DNA of 64,000 nucleotides from Psammoneis japonica (lineage: Eukaryota). The position numbers and the translations under genes were made by a program. Shown here piece after piece: positions 26,301 to 39,596 of this stretch; within the stretch, counting starts at the first letter, position 1; every line of letters begins with the position of its first letter. Location: contig QPGO01000099.1 of the NCBI GenBank assembly GCA_008632985.1, forward strand, positions 1-64,000. Direction: 5' to 3'. The notes below the pieces were generated by a model. It was not told the origin of the DNA. It ran no database searches and saw nothing but the letters and a program-made list of their open reading frames with translations.

Positions 26301-26353
26301 TTGGCCAAACAGTGCGTTCCGGAATTTCCCAAGTGTTTCCACCATGGACAGAA
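19964..26353. repeat. Right arm of the large inverted duplication
   Basis: Reverse complement of 7206-13309, with an extra ~445 bp at ~20370-20815. Confidence 0.9.
23815..24182 (+). mobile_element. MITE family, degenerate full-length copy (right arm)
   Basis: gacgggctccagtcct...gtcccgtccagagctagagcgcatc, colinear with 39597-39986. One TA counted. Confidence 0.75.
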
Positions 26354-26904
26354 GCTCTTTTTCCGTTCTGATGGTGAGCACCAAATTTCGGGCATGATGG
26401 TGGTGCAGTTTTTGACATGTGATGCACTCCAGGTTGAGGGGGGAGTCACTTTGCCTTTTTGATGGAATTCCAGAAAATGAGGGTGGTTTTTCAGGAAGGA
26501 ATGCCTGAAAGTGCTCAGGGGAGGGGAACAAAAAGCAAATGGAGCGCGGCAATCTGTGGCAATTGTGGTCAGGCGGGTGTGCTTTTATCCCCATGACTGT
26601 CGTGGCACGCACTGTGCAACACATGGACACATCAACACAAATTGCCCCCTGTGGAAGAGCAAGGAAAGAAGAGACATCACCTTTAAATCAGCCGCGTTAA
26701 TGTTGCTTGTGCGAGGCTCTGTTTTTGCCTTGTCCTTTGCTCCAGCGCCATTGTGGCTTGCACCTGTGTCCACGCCACACAAGAAGGAGTGCACGACACA
26801 CTGTGTTCTGCACACAAGACAGGTCAAAGGAAAGAGCGAGCATGACCACTCAATCCGCCATTTTTTTAGCAGCCTTGTGAGGCTCTACTTGTGAGGTTCT
26901 GCTT

Positions 26905-27155
26905 GACGGGTTCCAGTCCTGGGTGGGACTTTTTGTGACATTGGGCCCGCAGAATTCTGCGCACCGTGTTGCGAGAATTCAATCAATGGACATCTTTGTC
27001 TCAAACATCAAATGAATGACCAAGTTTGTGGCACAAGCATGACCATTGCAGCTTGACATTTTTGCAAATGCGCCTGCCCCACACCATTCCCAAGACATCC
27101 ACGAATGGCGCAGAAGAAAGAAATGTCAAAAGTTGTTGGACGGATCGCTCAACAA
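26905..27155 (+). mobile_element. MITE family, partial copy (left ~250 bp), TpA-converted
   Basis: gacgggttccagtcctgggtgggact...aaaagttgttggacggatcgctcaa, colinear with 39597-39850. Confidence 0.8.
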
Positions 27156-28619
27156 GAGCATCTTTGCCAGCGAGTCGTGAACACAAACCTGTGTCCGTGT
27201 GTCTTCTGATGCAAATGAGATTCACAAAAAATCATCATTTTTGGTGCATCGTAAACATGTTTTTTGCGCTGATGACCCTTTTCAGATTTGTGGCTCATGA
27301 AAGTGAATCGCAAATCAGGGAGACGCCTCAAATCTGTTGAAACTTGAACAATGAACATCACATGAGTGAACGAACAAATGCATCAAAAACAACATGCATC
27401 GCGCAGATGTTCAAAATGTGCATGGACGTCAACTGGGCCAGTGCTCAAAATTTGCACAAAATGACACAGAGAGATTGTGCTTCCATGTCTGCACACGCAA
27501 TCTTGATTGTTGATTTAAAAGAGTCACATTTGCCNNNNNNNNNNNNNNNNNNNNNNNNNNNNNNNNNNNNNNNNNNNNNNNNNNNNNNNNNNNNNNNNNN
27601 NNNNNNNNNNNNNNNNNNNNNNNNNNNNNNNNNNNNNNNNNNNNNNNNNNNNNNNNNNNNNNNNNNNNNNNNNNNNNNNNNNNNNNNNNNNNNNNNNNNN
27701 NNNNNNNNNNNNNNNNNNNNNNNNNNNNNNNNNNNNNNNNNNNNNNNNNNNNNNNNNNNNNNNNNNNNNNNNNNNNNNNNNNNNNNNNNNNNNNNNNNNN
27801 NNNNNNNNNNNNNNNNNNNNNNNNNNNNNNNNNNNNNNNNNNNNNNNNNNNNNNNNNNNNNNNNNNNNNNNNNNNNNNNNNNNNNNNNNNNNNNNNNNNN
27901 NNNNNNNNNNNNNNNNNNNNNNNNNNNNNNNNNNNNNNNNNNNNNNNNNNNNNNNNNNNNNNNNNNNNNNNNNNNNNNNNNNNNNNNNNNNNNNNNNNNN
28001 NNNNNNNNNNNNNNNNNNNNNNNNNNNNNNNNNNNNNNNNNNNNNNNNNNNNNNNNNNNNNNNNNNNNNNNNNNNNNNNNNNNNNNNNNNNNNNNNNNNN
28101 NNNNNNNNNNNNNNNNNNNNNNNNNNNNNNNNNNNNNNNNNNNNNNNNNNNNNNNNNNNNNNNNNNNNNNNNNNNNNNNNNNNNNNNNNNNNNNNNNNNN
28201 NNNNNNNNNNNNNNNNNNNNNNNNNNNNNNNNNNNNNNNNNNNNNNNNNNNNNNNNNNNNNNNNNNNNNNNNNNNNNNNNNNNNNNNNNNNNNNNNNNNN
28301 NNNNNNNNNNNNNNNNNNNNNNNNNNNNNNNNNNNNNNNNNNNNNNNNNNNNNNNNNNNNNNNNNNNNNNNNNNNNNNNNNNNNNGACCCACCAAACCCC
28401 AACCCCAGCCGCACAAGCCCCAGGCACAATTGACTCCAATCAAGTGACAGCCACAGCAGTGCATCGCCACGGCATCCTTCAACAGGTCTGCGGGTCGGCG
28501 GGTCGGCGGGTCTGCGGGTCGGGGATCAGCGGGTCGGTGGGTCGGCGGGTTGGTGGGTCGGCGGGTCGGCGGGTCGGTTGGTCAGCAGGTCGGCGGGGCG
28601 CCCCACCCAATTTCCTCAT

Positions 28620-29460
28620 TTGCCATCTGCCATCCACCATCCACCATCCAGCATCTGCCATCCACCATTCACCATTCGCCATCCGCCATCCACCATCCAC
28701 CATCCAGCATCTGCCATCCACCATTCGCCATTCACCATTCACCATTCACCATCTGCCATCCGCCATCCACCATTCGCCATCTGCCATCCGCCATCCACCA
28801 TCCACCATCCAGCATTTGCCATCCGCCATCCACCATCCACCATCCAGCATCTGCCATCCACCATTCGCCATTCACCATCTGCCATCCGCCATCCACCATT
28901 CGCCATCTGCCATCCGCCATCCACCATCCAGCATTTGCCATCCGCCATCCACCATCCACCATCCACCATCCAGCATCTGCCATCCACCATTCACCACTCG
29001 CCATCTGCCATCCACCATCCACCATCCAGCATCTGCCATCCACCATTTGCCATTCACCATTCACCATCTGCCATCCGCCATCCACCATTCGCCATCTGCC
29101 ATCCGCCATCTGCCATCCACCATCCAGCATTTGCCGTCCGCCATCCACCATCCACCATCCACCATCCAGCATCTGCCATCCACCATCCACCATCTGCCAC
29201 CCGCCATCCAACATCCAACATCCACCATCCACCATCCACCATCCACCATCCACCATCCACCATTTGCCATCCACCATTCACCATCCACCATCCACCATTC
29301 AGCATCCGCCATCCGCCATCCACCATCCACCATTCAGCATTTGCCATCCGCCATCCGCCATCCACCATCCACCATCCAGCATCTGCCATCCACCATCCGC
29401 CGTCCACCATTCACCATCCACCATCCACCATTCAGCATCTGCCAACCGCCATCCACCACC
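28620..29460. repeat. Degenerate 7-bp satellite (CCATYYR), block 1
   Basis: Continuous ccatcca/ccatccg/ccatctg/ccattca/ccattcg/gcatctg units. Confidence 0.97.
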
Positions 29461-30726
29461 ACAAGCTGGTGTGCGGGCATGATGTTGAATCTCGAAAGTC
29501 GTCCCAGAGGCAAAAGGTCGAGGTAAAACTGACTGCGATCTACAACAAATGCCAGGAGCATTTGGCGAAAGACAGGGGCGTGCTGCTTGATTCTGTCAAG
29601 GAACACCGTACATTTTCTACGGCGAGGATTCAAAATTGGATTTCAGTGGTTCACCCAAGACTCAGAGACAGTTTGAAAGAAGCCAAACGCCTGGCCAAAA
29701 GTGGCACTCGCACCATTCTTAGCCACTTCCATCAGGCGGAACCGGCGCACACAATTTCTGCCACACATCCTTTTAGGGTGCACTGTTCTCCGTCATCAGG
29801 CATCCAGTCCGGCGCTCATTTCTCACATGAAAGAAAAGTGCAGCTGGTCCGACCAGGCACATGATTCTGTCAACTGGGACGTGCATGCCAAATTGATGTC
29901 TCGAAACATCCGTCAGAAAGTCAGCACCGTCAAGTTAGTGCAATGCCTTCTCCCCACCAACAAAATCGTTCACAGACACAATCCGGTTCGTCCGGACTGT
30001 TGCATTCACTGTCAGGACCCGAACGAAGACAGAGACCACATTCTCCGATGTCCTCATGACGAAGCCTGGCGCAGAAAATTTTTACAAGGCCTGCGCAAGA
30101 AGTGCGATGACATTCATGCATCTCCGTCATTGAGAGATCTGATTATTTCGGCTTTAGAGGCATGGTTCCGAAGTGAGCTTCTGCACTCTGAACAGTTTCA
30201 TCACAGTGTGACGGCTGCCTTCCATTCTCAGGGCGAAATCGGATGGCGTCATTTGTTCAACGGACGATTTTCAGTCCATTGGAATGTTGCACAAACCTCT
30301 CATCTTCTGTCGAGCGGCATTCATCAAACTTCAACTGAGCAACAGCAATGATTGGATTGGGCTGCAACAATCGGGAATTACATGTGGGAACAGTGGTGGG
30401 ACCTGTGGGACTCTCACAACGACGCTGCACACGGGCACGATTCGGAAACCAGGAAATCTTCTCAGAGGAGAGATGCGGAAGCGGAGGTTAAAGCCATTTA
30501 CTCCCGAACGGATGATTGTCTGGCCAGAGACAAAGCGCTCCTCCTGGATTCGGTGGAAGACCACCTGACACACTCAACACACAGGCTTCGAAACTGGCTG
30601 GCTATGTTCAAACCAGTCTTTAAATCGAGCATGCGGGAAGCCAAAAGGTTGGCTGCACGAGGCACAAGAACCATTGCAAGTTGTTTCGGCGCGGAGTTAC
30701 CCTCGGGTGACGCCAATCTTGGCTAA
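29461..30726 (+). mobile_element. 3' remnants of diatom-type non-LTR retrotransposons (zinc-finger C-terminal region), two related ends in tandem
   Basis: VNWDVH..KLVQCLLPTNKIVHR..CCIHCQDPNEDRDHILRCPH..QGEIGWRHLFNGRFSVHW..WDLWDSHNDAAHG resembles a zf-RVT-like C-terminus. In-frame TGA at 30349. The terminal ~90 aa occur twice in diverged form. Confidence 0.7.
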
Positions 30727-30929
30727 TCGCCATTTACTCCTGCCGCACCAACAGTGCACTGGGGGTGTGGGTTAGCTTGTTGCCGGAGTTGCAGGGTGGA
30801 AGCATGGCAGCACTTAAAACACAGATGTTTGGTTTTGCTTTTAGGGTGCACTGCAAGTGTGGGTTAGCCGGCACCGGTGTTGCTGGGCAAAGGTGCAGTG
30901 GCACTTAAAAATTAGAGTTTGGTTTTTTT

Positions 30930-33900
30930 TCATCTGCCATCCACCATCTGCCATTCACCATCCACCATCCGCCATCCACCATCCGCCATCCACCATCTGC
31001 CATCCACCATTCGCCATTCACCATTCACCATTCGCCATCTGCCATCCGCCATCTGCCATCCGCCATCCGCCATCCGCCATCCACCATCCACCATTCAGCA
31101 TCCGCCATCCGCCATCCACCATCCAGCATCTGCCATCAACCATTCACCATTCGTCATCCACCGTTCACCATCCAGCATCTGACATCCACCATCCGCCATT
31201 TGTCATTCGTCATTTGCCATCCACCATCAACCATCCGCCATCCGCCATTCAGCATTTGCCATCTGCCATCCACCATCCGCTGTCCAGCATCTGCCATCCA
31301 CCATCCGCTGTCCAGCATCTGCCATCCACCACTCACCATCCATCATCTGCCATCCACCATCCGCCATTCACCATCCACCATCTGCCATCCACCATCCGCC
31401 ATCCGCCATCCGCCATCTGCCATCCACCATCCACCATCCACCATCTGATTTCCACCATCCGACATTCGCCATTCACCATTGGCCATCTGCCATCCGCCAT
31501 CCGCCACCCGCCATCTGCCATCCACCATCCACAGTCCACCATCCGCCGTCCAACATCCACCTTCCACCGTCCACCATCCACCATCCACCATCCACAATTC
31601 AGCAATTGACGCCCGCCATCCACCATCCAGCATCTGCCATTCACCATCCACCATCCGCCATCCACCATCCGCCATCCACCATCTGCCATCCACCATTCGC
31701 CATTCACCATTCACCATTCGCCATCTGCCATCCGCCATCTGCCATCCGCCATCCGCCATCCACCATCCACCATCCACCATCCACCATTCAGCATCCGCCA
31801 TCCGCCATCCACCATCCAGCATCTGCCATCAACAATTCACCATTCGTCATCCACCGTTCACCATCCAGCATCTGACATCCACCATCCGCCATTTGTCATT
31901 TGTCATTTGCCATCCACCATCAACCATCCGCCATCTGCCATTCAGCATTTGCCATCCGCCATCCACCATCCGCTGTCCAGCATCTGCCATCCACCATCCG
32001 CTGTCCAGCATCTGCCATCCACCACTCACCATCCATCATCTGCCATCCACCATCCGCCATTCACCATCCACCATCTGCCATCCACCATCCGCCATCCGCC
32101 ATCCGCCATCTGCCATCCACCATCTGATGTCCACCATCCGACATTCGCCATTCACCATTGGCCATCTGCCATCCGCCATCCGCCACCCGCCAACCGCCAT
32201 CTGCCATCCACCATCCACAGTCCACCATCCGCCGTCCAACATCCACCTTCCGCCGTCCACCATCCACCATCCACCATCCACAATTCAGCAATTGACGCCC
32301 GCCATCCACCATCCAGCATCTGCCATCCACCATTCACCATTCACCATCCACCATTCACCATTCACCATCTGCAATCCACCATCTGCCATCCACCATGCAG
32401 CATCTGCCATCCACCATCCGCCATCTGCCATCCACCATTCGCCGTTCACCATTCACCATTCGCCATCCACCATTTGCCATCTGCCATCCGCCATCTGCCA
32501 TCCGCCATCCGCCATCCACCATCCACCATCCAACATCCACCATCCACCATCCGCCATCCACCATCCACCATCCAACATCCACCATTCAGAATTTTCCATC
32601 CGCCATCCACCATCCACCATCCAGCATCTGCCATCCACCATTCATCATCCACCATTCACCATCCACCGTCCACTGTTCACCATCCGCCATCCGCCATCCG
32701 CCATCCACCATCCACCATCCACCATCCACCATCCGCCATCCACCATCCACCATCCACCATCCGCCATGCACCATCCGCCATCCGCCATCCACCATCCACC
32801 ATCCGCCATCCAATGTCCGTCATCCGCCATCTGCCATCCGCCATCCAGCATCCACCATTCGCCATTCGCCATCCAGCATCTGCCATCCACAATTCGCCAT
32901 TTGTCATCCACCATTCACCATCTGCCATCCGCCATCCACCATCCGCCATCCGCCATCCACCATCCGCCATCTGCCATCCACCATCCACCATCTGCCATCC
33001 GCCATCCAACATCCACCATCCACCATCCAACATCCACCATTCAGAATTTTCCATCCGCCATCCACCATCCACCATCCAGCATCTGCCATCCACCACTCAT
33101 CATCCACCATTCACCATCCACCATTCACCATCCACCATCCACCATTCACCATCCGCCATCCGCCATCCACCATCCACCATCCACCATCCGCCATGCACCA
33201 TCCGCCATCCGCCATCCACCATCCACCATCCGCCATCCAATGTCCGTCATCCGCCATCTGCCATCCGCCATCCAGCACCCACCATCCACCATTCAGCATT
33301 TGCCATCCGCCATCCACCATCCAGCATCTGCCATCCACCATTTGCCATTTGCCATCCACTGTTCACCATGCAGCATCTGCCGCCCACCATTCCCCATTCG
33401 CCATCCGCCATTTGCCATCCACCATCCACCACCCAGCATCTGCCATCCGCCATCTGCCATCCACCATCCACCATTCAGCATCCGCCATCCGCCATCCACC
33501 ATCCACCATCCAGCATCTTCCATCCAACACTCACCATTCGTCATCCGCCGTTCACCATCCAGCATCTGCCATCCACCATTCACCATTCACCATTCGCTGT
33601 TCACCATCCACCATCCGCAATCCACCATCCGCCATCCGCCATCCGCCATCCGCCATCCACCATCCGCCATCCACCATCCACCATCCGCCATCCACCATCC
33701 ACCATCCACCATCCACCACCCAGCATCCGCCATCTGCCATCCACCATCCGCCATCCACCATCCAGCTTCTGCCATCCACCATCCAGCATCCAGCATCTGC
33801 CATCCACCATTCACCATTCGCCATCCACCATTCACCATCTGCCATCTGCCATCTGCCATCTGCCATCTGCCATCCACCATCCATCATCCACCACCCAGCA

Positions 33901-36268
33901 TCCGCCATCTGCCATCCACCATCCAGCTTCTGCCATCCACCATCCAGCATCCAGCATCTGCCATCCACCATTCACCATTCGCCATCCACCATTCACCATC
34001 TGCCATCCGCCATCTGCCATCCGCCATCCGCCATCCACCATCCACCATTCAGCACCCGCCACCCGCCATCCACCATCCAGCATCTGCCATCCACCATTTG
34101 CCATTCGTCATCCACCGTTCACCATCCAGCATCTGACATCCACCATCCGCCATTTGTCATTCGTCATTTGCCATCCACCATCAACCATCCGCCATCCGCC
34201 ATTCAGCATTTGCCATCCGCCATCCACCATCCGCTGTCCAGCATCTGCCACCCACCATTCACCATTTGCCATCCACCACTCACCATCCATCATCTGCCAT
34301 CCACCATCCGCCATTGACCATCCACCATCTGCCATCCACCATCCGCCATCCGCCATCCGCCATCCGCCATCCGCCATCCGCCATCCACCATCTGATGTCC
34401 ACCATCCGACATTCGCCATTCACCATTGGCCATCTGCCATCCGCCATTCGCCACCCGCCATCTGCCATCCACCATCCACAGTCCACCATCCGCCGTCCAA
34501 CATCCACCTTCCGCCGTCCACCATCCACAATTCAGCAATTGACGCCCGCCATCCACCATCCAGCATCTGCCATCCACCACTCACCATTCACCATCCACCA
34601 TTCACCATTCACCATCTGCAATCCACCATCCGCCATCCACCATGCAGCATCTGCCATCCACCATTCACCATTCGCCATTCACCATCCGCCATTTGCCATC
34701 CACCATCCGCCATTCACCATTCACCATTCACCATCCACCATCTGCCATCAGCCACCCACCATCCACCATCCGCCATCTGCTGTCCACCATCCACCATTCA
34801 GCATCCGCCATCCGCTGTCCACCATCCACCATCCAGCATCTGCCATCCGCCATTCGCCATTCGCCATCCGCCATCCAGCATCTGCCATCCACAATTCGCC
34901 ATTCGTCATCCACCATTCACCATCTGCCATCTGCCATCCGCCATCCGCCATCCGCCATCCGCCATCCACCATCCGCCATCTGCCATCCACCATCCACCAT
35001 CTGCCATCCGCCATCCACCACCCAACATCCACCATCCACCATCCGCCATCCACCATCCAACATCCACCATTCAGAATTTTCCATCCGCCATCCACCATCC
35101 ACCATCCAGCATCTGCCATCCACCATTCATCATCCACCATTCACCATCCACCATCCACCATTCACCATCCACCATCCACCATTCACCATCCGCCATCCGC
35201 CATCCGCCATCCACCATCCACCATCCACCATCCACCATCCGCCATGCACCATCCGCCATCCGCCATCCACCATCCACCATCCGCCATCCAATGTCCGTCA
35301 TCCGCCATCTGCCATCCGCCATCCAGCATCCACCATCCACCATTCAGCATTTGCCATCCGCCATCCACCATCCACCATCCAGCATCTGCCATCCACCATT
35401 TGCCATTTGCCATCCACCGTTCACCATGCAGCATCTGCCGTCCACCATTCCCCATTCGCCATCCGCCATTTGCCATCCACCATCCACCATCCAGCATCTG
35501 CCATCCGCCATCTGCCATCCACCATCCACCATTCAGCATCCGCCATCCGCCATCCACCATCCACCATCCAGCATCTTCCATCCAACACTCGCCATTCGTC
35601 ATCCGCCGTTCACCATCCAGCATCTGCCATCCACCATTCACCATTCACCATTCGCTGTTCACCATCCACCATCCGCAATCCACCATCCGCCATCCGCCAT
35701 CCGCCATCCACCATCTGCCATCCACCATCCACCATCCGCCATCCACCATCCACCATCCACCATCCACCATCCACCACCCAGCATCCGCCATCTGCCATCC
35801 ACCATCCGCCATCCACCATCCACCATCCAGCTTCTGCCACCCACCATCCAGCATCCAGCATCTGCCATCCACCATTCACCATTCGCCATCCACCATTCAC
35901 CATCTGCCATCTGCCATCTGCCATCTGCCATCTGCCATCCACCATCCATCATCCACCATCCAGCATCTGCCATCCACCATTCACCATTCACCATCCGCCA
36001 TCCACCATCCACCATCCGCCATCTGCCATCCACCATCCACCATTCAGCATCCACCATCCACCATCCACCATCAACCATCCAGCATCTGCCATCCACTGTT
36101 CACCATTCGCCATCCAGCATCTGCCATCCACAATTCACCATTTGTCATCCACCATTCACCATCTGCCATCCGCCATCCACCATCCGCCATCTGCCATCCA
36201 CCATCCACCATCCGCCATCCGCCATCCGCCATCAAGCATCCACCATCCAGCATCCATCACCCGCCATC
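30930..36268. repeat. Degenerate 7-bp satellite (CCATYYR), block 2, with higher-order duplications
   Basis: ~5.3 kb of the same heptamer. Rare marker variants recur (acaattcagcaattgacg at ~31594, 32280, 34527; cagaattttcc at ~32587, 33042, 35072). Confidence 0.97.
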
Positions 36269-36926
36269 TGTGTCACTTCCCTCCGTGCAACAACTGAACT
36301 CCGGTGCACATCCGATTCACACACCATTTAAGTTTGTTGCAACTTGAACCACCAGCTCTCACTTTGCCATTTGGGGCAATGGTCCAGGCATTCTTTGCAC
36401 TGAAATTTGTGTCATCTCTTTGTGAAATGATTGTTGCATGTGATTGTGCATCCTTTGTTCAGTGAAAGTGAATGGCATGCATTGCTGCACTTTTTTTTTT
36501 AATGTCACAGAAACAGAATGGCAAATTTTAATGTTTCTCAGCCATGCAAAGATTGGATTTCTACAGATTGTTGATGGAACTCATTGCACTGTCGCCAAAA
36601 CAGAGTTGCCATTTTGGCTCTGTTTCAGTTCATTTGTGATGCATTTCTTTGCACCACAACAAAACCAGGTTGCCAATTTTTTTGCATGTTCGTTTTTCAT
36701 TAATTTGGACCGCAGCGTTACAACAATGTTGCACATCAACACACAACTGTTTTCCCTCCTCTTTGTTGCCCCATTGTGCTCTCTCCTGTCGGCTTCATCT
36801 ACTCCCACATCCCATGTTGTCTTCATGCTCCAATGTTTGCTTAGCGTCTTGTGTCTCTCCCCTTCCGGCAGGGCTTGATTGCAAAAACAACAAACTCTCT
36901 CGGCAACGGGTGCATTTCCAACCCGG

Positions 36927-39073
36927 TCAGTGCGTCAGCAAGAGGACGTTGACATGCAAGAAGGTCTCTTCCATTGGACTGTTGACTCTGAATGAACCCA
37001 TGCAATTGCATTGGAAATGAGCTGTCCATTCCATGTCGGGATGGCAACGAAGGCAGAGCATGCTGCGTCCCTCCTCGGTCTGACCCATCAGGGCAATCGC
37101 AAACAGCTTCCCCATCTTTTGGTCACAGGTCAAACCAGACAAGGTGCAAAAACCGTTGCGCAGCACAACAGGAAGAAAGTCAGATCTCTGACCAGGTCTG
37201 CACCACTGAGATCCAAAAATGTGGTTGGCCAAATCGTTGAGTCTGCCTTTGGCAGAGTCGGGAAGATCGTTGATGAGGACAGATGGCGTCTGAGGGACTG
37301 TGCCACCTTGAACAATGTGCATTGCATTGGGTGACGCAAAACCAAACACACCCTGAGGATTGTCTGCCATCCGCAGGGGAAAGAAAGCATTGTCAACTGT
37401 GTGTTGGCCAAACACCTTGTGAAGCATGGTGGAGCAAACGTTCATGTGCCTGACAACGGCACTGCATGCCTTTGAACGGACAGATTGGGCTTTGGACTTG
37501 GACATCACTGTGTCCATTTGTGATTCAACAAACAGATGCCATGGGCTTTTGGTGGATCCAGGGGGTGGTCCCAGAGCTGCAACGGTTGGACGCTCCATCA
37601 ATTCCTGAGAAAAGAGCTGCAACGTCCAGGAAGTGAGACAAGAATGACCAATGCGACATGCATTTTTGCGTCCTGAAACACGGCCGGTTGCTTGAGCAGC
37701 ATCAACAGCATTGCCCAACAAAGTTACGTTGTGTGCAATCATGCATTTGAAACACTGCTGATCTCCCAGTTGGACTCGGCAGACAGGAGGAGATTCTTTT
37801 GCTTGAATTGCAGACACAAGAAGGACAGATGCAATGCAATGGTAATTTCTGACGTTCATCCCAAATGCGGGATTCTTTGTTTTGTAACCTGTGCATTTCG
37901 GAACAAGTCCAAGAGGGCGCCATGCTCCAAAACAATGGCAGGCCAATGCATTGACAAGAGTTACAGAGAACACACCTGGCTCTGTTGAATGAGGTGCGAC
38001 CTGTCCTTTCCCAGTTTTGTCTGTGTGGTGCGGTGCAAACACATGAAAGGAACCTGACACGACAGGAACGTGACCGCCACGCAAAAAGTTGCAACAGGTT
38101 TCTCCATCCTTCATTTTGGCTTTGTTGCAAAGTTTCCAGTCACCATTCTTGTCAAGCAAGGGAGCGCTGGATGGCTCCTGAGACCAACGTGAATCAGGGT
38201 TCATGTCTAGATGGAAGTTGTCTGCAAAAAATCCTGCAGTTGAAGGGAAAAGTTGCACACGGGGACACCGGGAGAAATCTCCTGGGGTGGGTCATTTTTG
38301 AATTGGTTGATGATGGACACGGACTCAAGTTGGACTTGCTTCAGCACAGGAGCAACAACGCTGGGCAACATCAGCTTGAGCTTCAACATGAAAGTTTGAG
38401 AAGAGGGAATTTGTCGGACAACAGACAACCCACCACTCGAGAATTCCTCTTGCACAGTTCTGAGAAGTTCGTCGGTTGCACTGATTGGGACACCCTTGGA
38501 GTGGCACAGATTCAACATGCAGACCATGGAAATGGTTTTGCTGCTGCAAACTTTGGGCACGAGGAGGTCCTTGTTGGTGGAAAGGCGGCCCACTTGATCC
38601 AGTGCAGCTGATGAGCCTGATGTGGCAACCTCGGTGGCGGCACCCGGGGTGTCAAAAGCGGATGCACCATCATGAAATTGATCAGGAACAAATTCTTCAT
38701 TGTCAGGGAACTGAGTGTCTGAAACATCATCAGGTTGGGGCACAATGGTGTGGGAAACACGCAACTCCAGAGCATGTGAAACGGCACAATTGGAGCGCAA
38801 TGGCCTGTGATTGAGTCCAGTGTAACCTTGTGGAGTTGGCCCAGTGTTGGCATTGGACCCGGTTGCAACAAATTGAATGGGAGGAGAGCCGAGAGCAGAT
38901 GAGGCAGCAACATCCCCCTGGTCTTCGGATTCTGCCATTGCCGGGTGTCTGCCATGAGCATCGTCTGACTGTTGGGAGGAAACGTTTGCCACAAACGGGA
39001 CAATCATTTCCAACAATGGAGGGGGGCACCATTGTTCATTTTCTTGAAAGAATGTTGAGATGAGAATGTGCAA
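36927..39073 (-). pseudogene. Decayed Plavaka-like transposase
   Basis: Motif order HTDKTG..TEPGVFSVTL..WRPLGLVP..RNYH..LLGNAVDAAQATGR..R..HSC..VDNAFF..ASPNAMHIVQGG resembles the diatom Plavaka-type proteins I recall. Frameshift near 38230; nearly Tyr-free. Confidence 0.55.
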
Positions 39074-39596
39074 AAACGGTGCATGGCAGGTGACAAGATT
39101 GTGTTGGATGAGTCAACTCATGTGTCAGCATGCAACATTGTGCCTTGATTTAACGCACAACATCGGTTCTCTGAACGCCAGCACACGGTGCTTGCATCAA
39201 ACAATTGACAATGTAAGCCAAATCCGACTGTCCGCGGTGACAGAAATTTTGCCATGCTGGCACGCATCTCAGATTGTTGCCCTCCCAGATGACACACAAA
39301 ATGACATTCCATTTTGAACACAAATTACATGTCTCTTGTGTGTGAAGCATGTGAATGTAAAATGCTCAGGCAGAAGGGATTTCATGGGTGTTTGGACCAT
39401 GGGGACATGCAAACGGGACATGCATCATAAACTCCCTCTGTGGACTCAGTGCTGGTTGCACGACAGCACAGTGGTTGCAGATTTGCAGAAAGATTGTTTA
39501 ATTTGACATTCAAATGATGGCAACATTTTTGCCAAAAATCATCCATTGTGTTGTGATTCATTCATCACAATGAAAAACATGGACAGCACAAAAACA

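Noticed and set aside
277..28482. ORFs spanning X runs
   Set aside because: Artefacts of reading through N-gaps.
28620..36268. Telomeric repeat
   Set aside because: The unit is not TTAGGG-like, is highly degenerate and lies internally.
28444..36347. Very long His/Pro/Ser/Ile-rich and Trp/Met/Gly-rich ORFs (up to 1474 aa)
   Set aside because: They are translations of a stop-poor 7-bp satellite, open in several frames at once.
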